64,000 bases of DNA, taken from assembly GCA_051362555.1 (NCBI GenBank), contig CM120648.1, positions 9,420,587-9,484,586 of the forward strand, written 5' to 3'. Shown here piece after piece: positions 40,159 to 53,576 of this stretch. Made by a program: the position numbers and the translations under genes. Below the pieces are notes generated by a model, which did no database searches, had not been told where the DNA came from, and was given only the letters and a program-made list of their open reading frames with translations. Every line of letters starts with the position of its first letter. The first letter of the stretch is position 1. This DNA comes from Lingula anatina (Eukaryota > Animalia > Brachiopoda).

Positions 40159-40498
40159 CAGAAGTCTGCGGTATACTGTTTTTGTACATTTGTAATAATC
40201 TTGTGGATGGAAGGATGAGAAACCCACTATCCTTGAGAGTGCCATATGCTTTTAGACTTCTCGCCTATAGGGACAAACAGAGGCATATTATTCTGAAATA
40301 TGACACACATGATAAGTATTTTGTAATAATACACTGATGTAATTTATTATGAAGTTGTTGTGTAATTCTAAATATCATTTAAGTTTTAAAATATACATGA
40401 GGATGATGATATTGACATTGTTTGCAACAGAAACAAGGCAGCAAAGCTGTCAAATGTACAGACAAAAAGCAGAAAATAACAATGCACAAAACAGGCTA

Positions 40499-42021
40499 CG
40501 GTAATTCTCCAATCTATACGAACGCCGCTATAATTACGAACGAAACGTTTTTTTTTCTGAATCTGAATTTTTTTTACTCCGTTCTGTACGAACGATCCCT
40601 AAATCACCTTGGGCACAATTTAAATTTTCCGAACGCAAGAAAGTGTGCCCAATTGAAACTCGCCCCATGATTCGTCAAAGCGGGTTTTCAGACCACCGTT
40701 CCAAACAAAGGAACTGCCACTTGTCAGGAGAGATTGTTATCATGTATTTGTGCTGTTTTTGAATGAGACAATAGGAGGACTCAACCTGCCTGCCAGCAGC
40801 TGCAGGCCAGTTTTAAAACCCTATTGTTATTTAGAAATTATGAAAGTATCAGTACACATAAATTACTTATATTTCTGTTTATTATCATTTCTTAACTTCT
40901 GCCGGCCGACTGGATCATCAACATCCACCATCAGTGTTTCACCGATAACTAGTTTCCAGTAAAATCTATAAACGTGAAACCCACGCACAACAGAAGAGTA
41001 TGAGAAATCCATAGTCAATGATCGAGTTTTTCATTTGTTTTTGGTAGTCATAAGGAAATTAATTTTCTAAAGAGGAGTTCTGTCTTGTATTCATTTTTCT
41101 TATTCGAGTTGTGATAAAGTTCATGCTTTTTTGTTTGTTTGTTTGTTTTTCCTTGTTAAAGACCTTGTCTCATGAACAACTATTAGGTAAACCTTACTGA
41201 TATTGGTGATTGTGAAAAATAAAGGTGCCGTGTGACTTTATACAAATTGGCCTGCAGTTCTTCTGTATTTTTTCTAATTAAGTTTACATTGATTGCGTGC
41301 AAATTAATATGCTGTAAGAGACTTTCATAAATAGACTTGAATTGAGCAGATCTTATTTTTTATAATCAATGTATAAGTGTTTATTACCGTCAGTGATATC
41401 TACTGTGAGGAGTTTCAAGTATTTTGTTTTGGAGGAAGAAATTTATGTAGGCCTAATTGGGGGGGGGGGGGGAGACATTATTAATATTGCAAATTTTCTA
41501 TATGTGAAATCATATAAAAAGTAAACACGCAATAAATAAAATATGCAACTGGATGAGAAAATATTCTTGTCTGTTTTTGACAGAAGTTGGGAAAAACGAT
41601 GTTGTCCTGTCTAGGTAGAAACAGTACAGGGAAAAACGATGTTGTCCTGTCTTGGTAAAACATTACTGGGAAAAACGATGTTGTCTTGTCTTGGGAGAAA
41701 TGTACCTCTTTAGTATGAAGAAATTGTTTCTTAACTTGAATTCCCGACTTTTGTTTAGTTTGTTTTAATTCTCTGCAATATTGCAAGAATAATTTGTTTG
41801 TGCTAAGAGCTGATCACAGTGATTTAATCTGAAAGTAATGCTTACACTTAGCAATGTAGGTAAGTCGAGATAACTTACGGTACAGCCGTATTCCATTCGT
41901 GTTTTAATGGATACGAACGCGTGGCAATTTTTAGTAGACTGAATTTCAAACCTTACGAACAGAATGATTATCTTCCAAAAATAATTAATTTAAATCGTTC
42001 GTATATATCGGAGAATTATCG
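40499..42021. mobile_element. non-autonomous Tc1/mariner-pogo-type element
   Basis: TA|cggtaattctccaatctatacgaacg ... cgttcgtatatatcggagaattatcg|TA; empty-site paralog at ~57220-57300. Confidence 0.85.
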
Positions 42022-43179
42022 TACTGTCAATTCTGATGCAAAAGTACATTATGATTAACTGCAAATTCAAAATTTTAATTATGCTCAACAGCTAAAACCA
42101 ATGCAAGTAAAATGTGTAACAAGCATAAGGCTTGAGGTTCAAGTTCACACGTTGGAAATGCCAGAATGAGAAAAATGAAAATTTCACACAAAATTGCATA
42201 AATTCTATAACAAATGATAACCCAATTGAGCTGGCTTTCTAATTTGAACTGCCTGCATGCAAATCCTAAAAATCATACTTGTAAGTTAAAAATAATAATA
42301 AGTAACACAGTTTCCTTTTCATAATGTTTGTAGTAGCAGTGCAAAAAGATTTGTCAATTTTGATGTAACATTTCATAAATTACAGAATAATTATCACCAA
42401 TTTTAATTATTGGCTATAAATAGCATGGATACAGAAAATTTGATTACATTCGGCTTCATGTCCATGGGAGCTCTGAGTCCCACAATGAATATACCAACAT
42501 GATAAAAATGAATATTTCACTTAAATGTATAACTTCCAGAAAAAGAAGCCAATCAGACTGCTTTTCCAACTCAGGCTGCACTTTAGTCCTGTGTTTCTTT
42601 TTGGAAAGTTTGACAATCATAAGTAACATGGTTTTCCCATAATGGTCATCATGGCAGCAGCACCCAAAATCGTGTTTTCTTCTATTCTGATTCAATATTA
42701 CATAATAGTTAACAGCATAATGACCGTCAATTTTTAATAATAAAATAAACGTATCATGGATTTTCAGAAAATGTAACAAGCATGGGTCTTCAAGCCCGTG
42801 GAGGTTCTAAATCACACCTTGAAAATGCCAATATTTGAAAAATAAAATTTTCACAAAAAATTGTTTAACTGCCAGAAAAATTTACCAAACAGACTGCATT
42901 GCCCACTGAAGCTGCATTTTAGTTCGTCACATATATTTCTTTCCTGTAAGTTTGAGAACAGTAAGTGACAAGGTTTTCCCATAATGGTTACCATGGGAGC
43001 AGTGCCCAAAATAGGGGTTTCATCAAATTTTGATGCAACATTACATAATGTTTAACAGCATAATGACCATCAATTTTTGATAATAAAATATAAGTATAAT
43101 GGATATTCAGAAAATGTGACTAGCAAAGGTCTTCAGGACCATGGAACTTCAAAGTCACACCTTGAAAATGCCAAAATGT

Positions 43180-44125
43180 AAACAAGACAGCACTGTTCTG
43201 AAACGTTTTTTCCCCATTTTTTTAAAGCAATTTTTAACATAAAACAAAATTAACAGTTTACTGCCATTTTTATATCATCAACTAAGAGTATTGATGAGAT
43301 GGGGAAAAATATCAATAGATCAGTGTTAAATGTCCAATTTCCTCCATTCTGAGATTCTGAACATAGTGAATGATTGAATCTGACAAACTGCAATGATATG
43401 AGTTTATTTCCATTTTTGACACTTTATTACACAATACACGATAACAAGTTTACCATCATTTTTACAAAATCAACTAACAATGTTGTAAAGATGCAGGAAA
43501 TGTCAAACAAACACTTTTATCTTATTAATTAAATAATGAGACTGTTAACATGCCTAAGAATTGAATCTGAGGAAATGTGAAAAAAACAGCATAACTTCTA
43601 AAATAATGGCCCGATTATGCTGATTTTCGAACTCAACCTGCGTTTTAGTAAGATTGACCACTCCTGTGAGTTTCAGGACAATTGGCCTATCTGTTTTTCT
43701 TATATTGTGTGTTTACAGTGTTGCATATATGTTGAAAAGTGAAAAAAACAGCATATCTACTAAAACAGTGGCCCAATCATGCTCATTTTTGAACTTGACC
43801 TGCCTTTTAGTAAGATTGATTACTCCTGTGAGTTTCATGACAACAGGCCTATCGGTTTTCCTTGAAATGTGTTAACAGTGTTGCATATATGCTGAAAAGT
43901 GAAAAAACAGCATAACTTCTACAATAATGGCCCGATCATGCTGATTTTCGAACTTGACCTGCGTTTATGGTTATTCATCAGCTCTGTAAATATAAAACCA
44001 AAAAGTAAAACTGTCTTCCACTTATGGTGTTAACTCTGAAAGTGCACGGCGATGGCGACGAGGACGGCGACGACAGACGCAGGCGATGGCAATATGTACA
44101 GACACATCTGTGTCTGTACATAAAA
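43180..44125. mobile_element. second HINE-type family element
   Basis: Starts aaacaagacagc; internal tandem units; gacggc microsatellite; terminal hairpin atgtacagacac-atct-gtgtctgtacat; inverted partial copy at 56770-57030. Confidence 0.65.
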
Positions 44126-45132
44126 ACACAAACAACGAATTCAACTATGAATACAATATATTATAAACAGCTAACATACACTACATACACTAATACAAAC
44201 ATGCTGCATAAACTTTAACATTTATCAAATACCCTGTGCAGTTTAATTCTAACCGGTTCGTAGAAAGTTTGAAAGCACAATGTCACCGTTTTCAGAGATC
44301 CAATCTGCAGAACAGTCCTTCCGATAGTGTGCCTCTCTGTCACTAAATGAGTGTCGTGCTCCTAGGAGAATTCTATACTCTTGGGCCATCATATTGCGTT
44401 GTAACTTGTGTAGGATGTGATCCAATTTCACTGTCTGTCAATCCGCACGTGCTACGGTATTGCGCACAAGTCACTGTCACGAGGTTTGTTCACTTCAGTT
44501 GCTCAATGCAACATACAAATATGCTTTAACAATGCATTCATGGAATCGTGCAACTGTCCCATGGCTTTTTGGCATTGTCCATCACAAAGTACAGTTAATA
44601 AAGTACAGTTCTTTTACTGTAACAGTGCTACACACTGTCCACACTCACATGTTGCATCAGTTCATGTTCTCCGGAGTCTGGCACTTTTAAATAGCAGTTC
44701 CGCACTTAATTTACATTATTCAAGTATGCAAGCACATACGGTAATTATCCATATAAATTAAACAACGTAAATTAGCTTAACTAAAATAATAAACACAACA
44801 ACATCACACACATCATGGCTCAGGCGAGAGAATCTGAGATTTCCTGTCCCACTGCTATTTATGGTTAACTTCTTCACCACCCGGGTGCCAACCGACATGG
44901 AATCTGTATTTTTCATTGAAACAACCTGGCATTGGTCAGACATGTAGATAGTGAAACCTGCTTCTGTAAGGGCATAAGTTATGCCACTTGGAAAGTCTAG
45001 AATTTCATTACTTTTTTCCGAATCAGGAATTTTTTCCAGCCCTCGGATGCTTCTGTATTTCGTACCATTTTCAGTTTGTCTGACCCACTTTGGCAGTCCT
45101 AATGCTCTATTAAAATTTTTACCAACTTTTAA

Positions 45133-46644
45133 ACTAGAAGATCAGAGAGGCGATACCGCCTCTGGATACTGTACCACCAGCTAGAGTAAGTGCATTCGTA
45201 TGGACCCCCCCCCCCCCCCCAAAAAAAAAAAAGGGACACCACCACCAGTTTTGTGCTTAACAATCTCTAAAAAATGCAATCAACAAGAGTTCTCAAAATA
45301 TGAAAAAAAGCGAAAAAAAAGCGAAAAAACATAACTAAAAATGGTCCAATCATGCAGATTTTGGAATTGACCTGTATTTTCCTAACACTGATCACTCCTA
45401 TGATTTTCTAGACAATAGACCTATTGGTTTTCCTTGAAATGTGGTATCATTGTTGCAACCGTAGTATGCTGACAAAAGAGAAAACCTAGGGGCAGGTTTT
45501 GAAGATATGACGGGAAAGAAAGTATGCAAAGTTCAGTTCTTGGTGAAAAAGTAGGTCAAAGGTCAATTTCAAGGTCACAGTTAATGACTTCCTATTCAAG
45601 TTCAATAGTAACCATGGCCATTTCTTTGCCAATTTTGGAGACATAAAGGCCAGAAAAAATGCAAGGTGCAGCTCATCATAAAAAGTAGATCAAAGGTCAA
45701 TTTCAGGGTCTCAGTTAGATTGCCAGTATGTGACTTCCTATTTAAGTTCAATAGTAACTATGGTCGTATCTTTGCCAGTTTTGGAGATATAAAGTTCAGA
45801 AAACTTGCAAAGTGCAGTTCATAATGAAAAGTAGGTCAAAGGCCAATTTCAAGGTCACAGTTACATTGCCAGTATATGACTTCCTATTCAAGTTCAATAG
45901 TAACTATGGGCGTATCTCTGCTAATTTTGAATAATTCACATTGTATTATCACCACTGAATATCGCGTTGTACTTTTTTATATAGCTCCATGCCTAAACAG
46001 TATCGAAAACAAAAAAGTGGACACAACTACCAGTATTGCGCTTGGCAAGTTCTACATAATGCAAAATTCAAAAGGTCTCTGGCATTTACGGTTCCAGAAT
46101 TAGAGAGTTTTCAGTTTCGGTATCTAATGGCTGCTTCTCCCATGAAAATGCACCGATTGACCCCAAAGTCTCAAAGACGAGTCCCTGTTTGTAACCCCTC
46201 ACCATAATATGAGAGCTTAGGTCTGTGTAGTTTCTGAAAATTAGAAAATTTTGGCCCGTTTGACATTGAAATAAAGGTCAAAAGTAAAATCTCAGGGCAT
46301 ATTTGGAATCTCCACATTTGACCTTTGGTCAGACTTCTGTAGTAATTTTTCCCATAATTCCTTCAGTTTGGGAGATATTTAACATTGAATTTTCAAACAT
46401 TTTAACAAGGGTGCGTTTCAACGAGCATCACGCCCATGCCAATGCACCGACTGAGACAAAAATACCAGGGGTTTCAAATTGAGATTATATGTGACCTAAA
46501 TCCAAGAGATGGGGACACAGGTCCTTGCGGTCTAGGAGGAGAAGCAGTAACGGCGACTTGTATCCCACGACACCCTGCGGAGCAGTACGAGACGGGTCGG
46601 GACTTAAACCATGAGTACCGCCAGTGTACAGGCTGGTGGTACTA
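45133..46644 (-). mobile_element. Helentron-associated element, copy 2 (about 3 satellite monomers), inserted in the transposase exon
   Basis: Collinear with 35596-37995; excision rejoins ...NAVG(Y)-LKVGKN in frame. Confidence 0.85.
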
Positions 46645-48048
46645 ATAACCTACAGCATTTGCTCCATGTTGGTTAGCAGTTTGCTCATAAGATTTATAAA
46701 TACTACACAACTTCATGGGCTGCATAAGTGGTCTATGGCAGTTAGCTATAATCCTACAAGAAAAATGTATATATTTTAATCATAAGCAGTTATAATTATC
46801 AGTGTTAATTATTTTTTCATTATCATTATTTTACATTTAAAAAGTGAATAAAGATGCAATTTTAGAGTTAAACCACTGATACCACTATATATAGCTGCAT
46901 ATATTTATTCAATCATGAAGCATGTGTAATATTAAATCCTTAGTTACTAATAATGAATATTCCAAGAATGATAATTGATATATTTTTTTATCTTTGGCAA
47001 TTGTTTTTTATTCATTTATTTAAATTATTATTATTATTTATTTTTTTTTTGGGGGGGGGGGGCTAATGCCAGTGTGCTTTAATTTTGTAATATTTACTTC
47101 CTTTACCTCTTACATTTTCTTAAAATGAGATAGAGATCAGATGATAAAAAACATTTTTAAAAAATCATAGAAGGATAACGTTTTAAATTTGAATTTTCCT
47201 TTTTAATTATCGATATTATTATCAATATCAGCAGTGTAATAAAAACCCATGTTATTTAAAATATATATAATGATTGAAAAACCATTATACCGATCAGACA
47301 AAATAATCATCTGTATATTTTATTTACTTACCATGATGTAGGAGGAAGTACGCTCAATTCTTCTGATCCCTTTTCTGATACGGCTGACATTTTGACGCAT
47401 ACAGTTGTCAAGCAGATTTAAACATGACCTCTGTTGACTTCAACGTCAATCAAAAAATATGTGTCCAATGGCATGGCTTTTTTTTCGTAGGCACGGTGTA
47501 ATGTGACCTCTGCGGTTATGTCACTTCCTGGAGAGGACCGACTCGAGCGTCAAAGTGAGAATTTGGATTGCAGTTTGATTGTGCGTATGCCATGCACGGA
47601 ATTTACAAACGAGTGACGGGGTGATGTAGCCGGCAGTATTTGCGGTAAGCATGCCAAGTTTTAGGTCGCTCCGATGCCCAGCAGTATTTTATTTCGATTA
47701 TTATGATTAAATTTCCGGAATCTTGTTTCACAAGCTTACTCTATTTTATTGTCTCTATGGAGGTTTATGGGGACTTAACCACATTTGGTTTGAATGCTTT
47801 AACCACTTTTTATAGTTTATTTTTGCATTGTATTAGAACAATGTGGCAGTCTAAGGTTGTTCTAGGTGGTTTTCAAGTTTATGCACCCGGTTTTAAAATC
47901 ATTTAGCGATTTTACGACAATCGTTTACTATCCAATCAAGGTGACAGCCGAGCGTGATGAAAATCAAGTCTGCAATGTCGATAAAATATCCATCAACTAT
48001 ACATTTTAATTTAGTAAGTATAAGGGAATGTGCAGTCTTAACACCTAC

Positions 48049-48284
48049 TTGTTGGTGGTGGAAGTATTTTCTGCCATATCTACTGAAGTCACTTCTGCCC
48101 CATATTCTCGAGTCCCTTCTTCCCCAATTTTTGGAGTCGCTTCTGCCCCATTTTTTGGAGTCGCTTCTGCCCCATTTTTTGGAGTCGCTTCTGCCCCATT
48201 TTTTGGAGTCGCTTCTGCCCCATTTTTTGGAGTCGCTTCTGCCCCATTTTTTGGAGTCGCTCCAACCTGTTGCTGTTCAGCCAT
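48049..48284 (-). CDS. candidate first coding exon with (ATPKNGAE)n repeat
   Basis: ttattttacag acceptor at 48294-48295, ATG 48284 in aggATGG context, aa|gtaggt donor (phase 2). Confidence 0.55.
48085..48262. repeat. 24-bp minisatellite (ggagtcgcttctgccccatttttt), ~5 perfect + 2 degenerate units
   Basis: Direct reading. Confidence 0.95.
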
Positions 48285-48479
48285 CCTTGTGTTCTGTAAA
48301 ATAACCTCAAGATACTTAATATATAGTACAAAAGTGCATCACATAATTATAAATAACCATTCCATTAATGATTGTTTTGTCATCTTTTATCTTATCAACG
48401 TTTTTAAACAGTTTTATATGGTCTAAAGACTGTGTAAAACAAAGCAGATAATAAAATCGTGACGTGCGTGTGTGTGAGA

Positions 48480-49187
48480 GAGAGAGTGAGAGAGAGTGAG
48501 GAAGAGAGAGACGTGGGAAGAAGCAAGAGGGGGGAGGCGTTGAATGCCTTTCAAATCCTGCGTTCGCTTTCTGTAATGACTTCTCCACTCATGTGGTATC
48601 GGTTACATATAGGAGAAAACGGCAAATCGGGACAGTAAATCTTTTACATTAATATTATTGTTACTTTCTTTTTTTTTCACATTTAACAATGATTTGTAAA
48701 ATAAAATGGCCTCCTAGACATACAGTGTATCTGTTAAATGCCCCACAACTTTTTTCTTTTAAAAAATATATATAATCTTGTAGAGAAAGGAAAAAAGGTA
48801 AAGGAGATAAAGCAGAAAACCTTAGAGAGACAAAGTGTGTGAGAAAGGGAGAGAGAGAGAAAGAGAGATGTGTGAAGAAGCAAGAGGGGGGGGGGGGCGT
48901 TAAATGCCTTTCAACTCCTGCGTTCGCTTTCTCTAATGACTTCTCCACTCATGCGGTATCAGTTACATTTGGGAGAAAACGGCAAATCAGGACAGTAAAT
49001 CTTTTACGTTAATATTTTTGTTCCTTTTTTCCACATTTTAAAATGATTTGTAAAAATAATTTTTTCCTACACAAAAAGTGTATCTGTTAAATGTGCCACA
49101 AGTTTTATTTTATTTTTCAAAAAATGTTATTTTGTAGAGAAAGGAAAAAAATTAATTGTGGACTTAAAGCAGAAAACCTATTGAAAG

Positions 49188-49225
<38 letters not shown>

Positions 49226-49520
49226 TGTGAAGAAGCAGGAGGGGGTCTTAAATGCCTTTCAACTCCTGCGTGCGCTTTTTCTAATGACCACTCTATCATG
49301 TGGTATCAGTTACATTTGGAAGAAAACGGCAGATCGGGACAGTGAATCTTTTATTTTAATATTTTTGTTACTTTCTTTCTTTTCCCCACATTTAAAATGT
49401 TTTGTAAAAAAGAAAAATGTCTCCTAGACAAACAGTGTATCTGTTAAATGTCTCAAAAATTTTATTTTCTTTTAAAAAATATGTTATCTTGTAGAGAAAG
49501 GAAAAAAATTAATTGAGGAA
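48480..49520. repeat. ~3 x 357-bp diverged tandem repeat with GA microsatellites
   Basis: gaagaagca.gagggg...aatgcctttca recurs near 48517, 48874, 49229. Confidence 0.9.
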
Positions 49521-49828
49521 TTCAGAGCTTATCCACGAGAGAACCAGCCCAGGGTGGCAAGGTGGGGGTCAGCGGATTTCAACCAAATTTGTTGTATGGA
49601 GGCATATTAGGAAGTTATTCATGAGTTAGGAAGGAATCCCAAAAATATCCTTTCTTCAGAGAATTATAGCCTATTATAGGTCATGGCTTATGTGGCCTCT
49701 TTGAGACTCCATTTTTACCTTGGAAAAATAATGATATATTTTGTGTAAATTAAACAAAAATGGAGAAAACTAAAAAATATTAGACCTTACAAACATTGAA
49801 AACAATCATTTGGCTTGTCACAGATATA

Positions 49829-51482
49829 CAGGGTTACTACTTAATATTGAATATTATTTTTTGGCGAGTAAATTTTCTACAAAATATTTAATTTCTCTGT
49901 AACTATTTTAAATTCAAAGCTGAGGTGTCACTCCATGTGCAGCCAGGTGTGTTACCTAATTACCACACAACTCTCGAAACAATTGATGCATGCAGTTGCA
50001 TGTTCTATGGTCAGAAATGTGAGGGGTGGTATTTTCAGCAATTTCTGCCCTTGTATAAAAACGCATGGGTTTGGCCAATCTTTGGAGTGTATTTAGAAAA
50101 GCAACAAAGGGATCGCTCTGAAACTTGACAGGTACCTTAGAGAAGATATGATTCGACAGCTATGCAACGCAGCTTGCTGTGGGATTCTTGCTCTCAGAGA
50201 AAATGGCCAGAAACGGACAGCCATTGCCAGGCAATGCAACATTTATCAGGAACCGTTAGTAAAGTCCTCCAAAGAAATGCTACAACAGGGGCACCTACTC
50301 CAATACCTCGACCAGGGTGTCCGCGTATCACACCAAGAAGACAGGATCGCCTTCTCCTTAGAGTTCGCCGTGCTAATCGTACAAAGACAACCAGTGTCCT
50401 CAGAAAAGAGTGGCAGAATGTCATTCAAACGCCCGTTTCAAGGTCCCTCGTGAACAAGAGATTACTGCAAGCCGGTTATTTTGCACGAACACCAGTACTG
50501 AAACCACTGTCAACAGCATATCATATACAGCGACGTCTGCAATGGGCTGGGGACCACGTGCGTTTGCAGCCAAACCACTGGAATCACGTTGTTTTCGGTG
50601 ATGAGGCCAGATATGGATTTTTTAGGGTTGTTGGTCGAATCCGTGTCCACCGACGTGTACGAGAGGCATAAAACAATGATTGTGTACTGCCTAGGGTGCA
50701 AGCAGGGGGCGGTAACGTCTCTGTTTGGAGAGCATTTCATGTCAGTGCCCAGAACCAGTTGGTTTTTCTAGGAGGCAACCTCATCCAGGATTCCTACAGA
50801 GGCATTCTACAACTAACAATGCTTCGATTGGTAAGAGTCATCTTCAGGAACAAATTTGTGTACCAAGACGACTGCGCAACCCCACATCGAGCCCGCAGAA
50901 TCACTGTTTTTCTTCAAAACCAATGGGTTCAGCAATTGCCCTGGCCTGCAAACTTGCCAGATATGAACCCAATTAAAACACTTTGGGCAAAAGTAACTCA
51001 CAGAATTAATAGCTATGGTCATCGGCCAGTAAATAGAGATGAACTGCAACAGGCAAATATCACTGCGTGGAATGATATCCCCATCCAAACTCTAAAAACG
51101 TGTCACAGGGTAAGCCATGTAGGATGAGGGCGCTGCAAGCGGCTGCTGGAGCTCATACCCGCAATTACTGACTTTTCATGATTTACTGTAGTCAGTTCTT
51201 TGACTGTGTAACATATCACTGTACGGAGGCTATAATGTTCTTTAATATCTTAGCTTAAAGTTAATACTGACAACAAACTGTTGATATGGTTTTCTGGGGG
51301 TGTTCCTTTCTTTTGAATGGCATCTTATGTCAGATTTAATATCATCGACCAAAATATCTCACAACAGAAGACTGGATGTTTTTATCACTCAGTGACATAA
51401 TTTTTTGATGAATCAAGCCAAATAAAACTTAATCAGCACTCAAAAGTTACAATGATAAAAAATATTCCATATTAAGTACATG
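49829..51482 (+). mobile_element. near full-length Tc1 element, frameshifted transposase (~50148-51171)
   Basis: HTH, RPGCPRIT, WNHVVFGDE, YQDDCATPHRA, WPANLPDMNPIKTLW motifs over three frames; imperfect TIRs tacttaatattgaatatt / aatattccatattaagta. Confidence 0.9.
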
Positions 51483-52249
51483 TACCACACATCGCAGCTT
51501 AATTTCCATAAATAATAAAATCATCATTTAGTCAGAAACATTCTCGCAATTAAAAAGATTCAATATTCTTATTACCCAGAACGGTATATTTATTTTAAAG
51601 GAGGCTAGCTGCGCATATGTGGAACCCCCTTCGAATAATCCTGGATCCACCTCTGAGTTGAACTAACATACGGTTTCATTCACCTTACATAAGGATGCAT
51701 GGCTCCCAAAAACAACCAATTGTACGACACGACAGATATCTGATACATCAAAGTTTAATTATTTGTTTGGGGTAAGCTGAGTCAAGTCCGTGACAAAATT
51801 CTTTGAAGCTTTGCAGGAAAAATTCTTCCTTTGTTTCTCTAGCTCCTTCTTAAACCTGGTGTCCAGGCAGAACAATTGTGCCTATACAATTGATACAGAG
51901 GATTTGTACATACAGGTGACTTTAATAAGCAGAGGATTTTCTTTTATATTCCGTAAAAAATACACCAAATTCATATAAAATCATATCATGGTTGGCCAAA
52001 AAATTGTACGCACAGTGCATCCGTGCGTATGCCTAGTTACGCCCATGACATGTGTTACTGGGAATCCACGCTCCACCGATGCTCGGTTCGTATGTACCTT
52101 TAATAATAAAATCATCATTTAAGTCAAAAATATTCTCGCGATTTAATAAATATTCTAATTTACCCAGATCGGTATATTTATTTAAAAGGAGGCTAACTGA
52201 AATATAGTTTTATTATTTGTTTGTGAAAATCGCCCATGTTACCCTGTTA

Positions 52250-53185
52250 GGCCACACTTTTTTATTTTTATGGATGACATCCTCTGGGGACCCCGAAATC
52301 GGTGCGAGAGGGCGAAAAAAAAACGGTCCAACAAAAAAGTACTGCTTAAGTAAAGGAATGCTGTCAGTACACAGCTGGAAACACTAATTTACAACAGAAA
52401 CCCGTATCAAACTAACAATATATCCATATCCATGCTCTCAAAATATTAAAGCATTGGGAATACTCCGTAGAAAGGTAAATAAAAAGTCATGAATTGACAT
52501 GCTGCATATAACTAAATTTATTTAAGGTTTCTTCATGCATTTTGTTTGTATAGCAATCAATAAAACCAATATCAAACAAACAGCGTTTCTTTATTTGTAC
52601 CTTCAGAATATTAAAGCATTATGCACACTTCACAGAAATGTTAAAAAATGATGCAAGGAGGTGTTTAATACTACCAAATCTATTAAAGGACATTTCGGTC
52701 GATGCAATTTTGTCTACGTTGACTCACACGAAGCAGCCAAACTGTCGGGCGGCTTGTCCGACCTTCAGCCCATCAAATACCTCGACGCCCTTGTCGACCC
52801 TTTTTTTCGCTCCAAAAAAGCTGGTAGGCCAATGTGCTGCTTTGGACAGAATGTCACTGAAACTTTCCGGGCGATAATCGATGGCCGACGCCAGCCTTTC
52901 GTATAATTTTAAAAAGGTGATATCTCCATGCCTAATATCAATGGCATATCAATCCAAAATGACAGGCCCTGTTCTCTTTATGACTTTAAATGTCGTTTAA
53001 TTTGAAAGTAATCCTAAAGATGAATTTGACGGCAAAGCGGCACATTTCAACGTGGAGATAATAAGCATGCGCAGAAAACGACTCCAACAACCGACTTCGT
53101 TGGTTTTTTTTTTTTTTTTTTTCAGAGAACGGACAAAAATCGGTGCACGCGCAGGATGTCATCCATAAAAATAAAAAGTGTGGCC
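52250..53185. mobile_element. PIF/Harbinger-type non-autonomous element
   Basis: TIR ggccacacttttt(t)atttttatggatgacatcct and its inverse; TTA TSD on both sides. Confidence 0.88.
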
Positions 53186-53576
53186 TTAGTTTGGAGGTCT
53201 AAGCTGGATCAATTCGTGTTTAGATTCCTGTGAAGCTCTGCAGGAAAAATTCTTCCTTTGTTTCTCTAGCTCCTTAATAAACCTGGTGTTCAGATTTTAT
53301 CTAGTACCCCCAGGTCTGCGGGAGCTGCTCTTTGAACCTAACGCACAGGTAGATTTTTACCTGAGATAAATATCGCTAGCGAGAGTGCGTTCGATACTCG
53401 CAAGACAAAGACAAGACAAAGGAGGTTCCAGTTAGATGGATGATTAAGATATGACTTGTAAAGGTAACAGCCATTGTTTACCTCAGTTTAATAAAAGTAT
53501 GCAAGACGGGGTGTCAGCGGTTTAATAAAATAAATTGAATTTCACAAATAACATGGACCTCATATGGAATAATCAA

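Larger units (their letters stand above)
39745..47390 (-). pseudogene. decayed spliced P-element (THAP9-like) transposase with N-terminal RFX-like winged helix; exons 47390-47332, 46753-44233 (split by Helentron), 40292-39745 (split by MITE)
   Basis: Exon 1+2 read MSAV...TSW|IIANCHRP...LCSIYKSYEQ...LKVGKNFNRALG...GTKYRSIRGL. Last exon reads IICLCLSL*ARSLKAYGTLKDSGFLILPSTRLLQMYKN...GRRGGIIFHEMSIQ, the P-transposase segment up to the first catalytic Asp (DEM, here HEM). Candidate 5' terminus CATAGAG at 47759. Confidence 0.75.

Noticed and set aside
47954-48426. Alternative-frame ORFs over the 24-bp repeat (LESLLPHF, GVASAPFF, QKMGQKRL)
   Set aside because: The repeat is stop-free in several frames; only the ATPKNGAE frame has an ATG context with flanking splice sites
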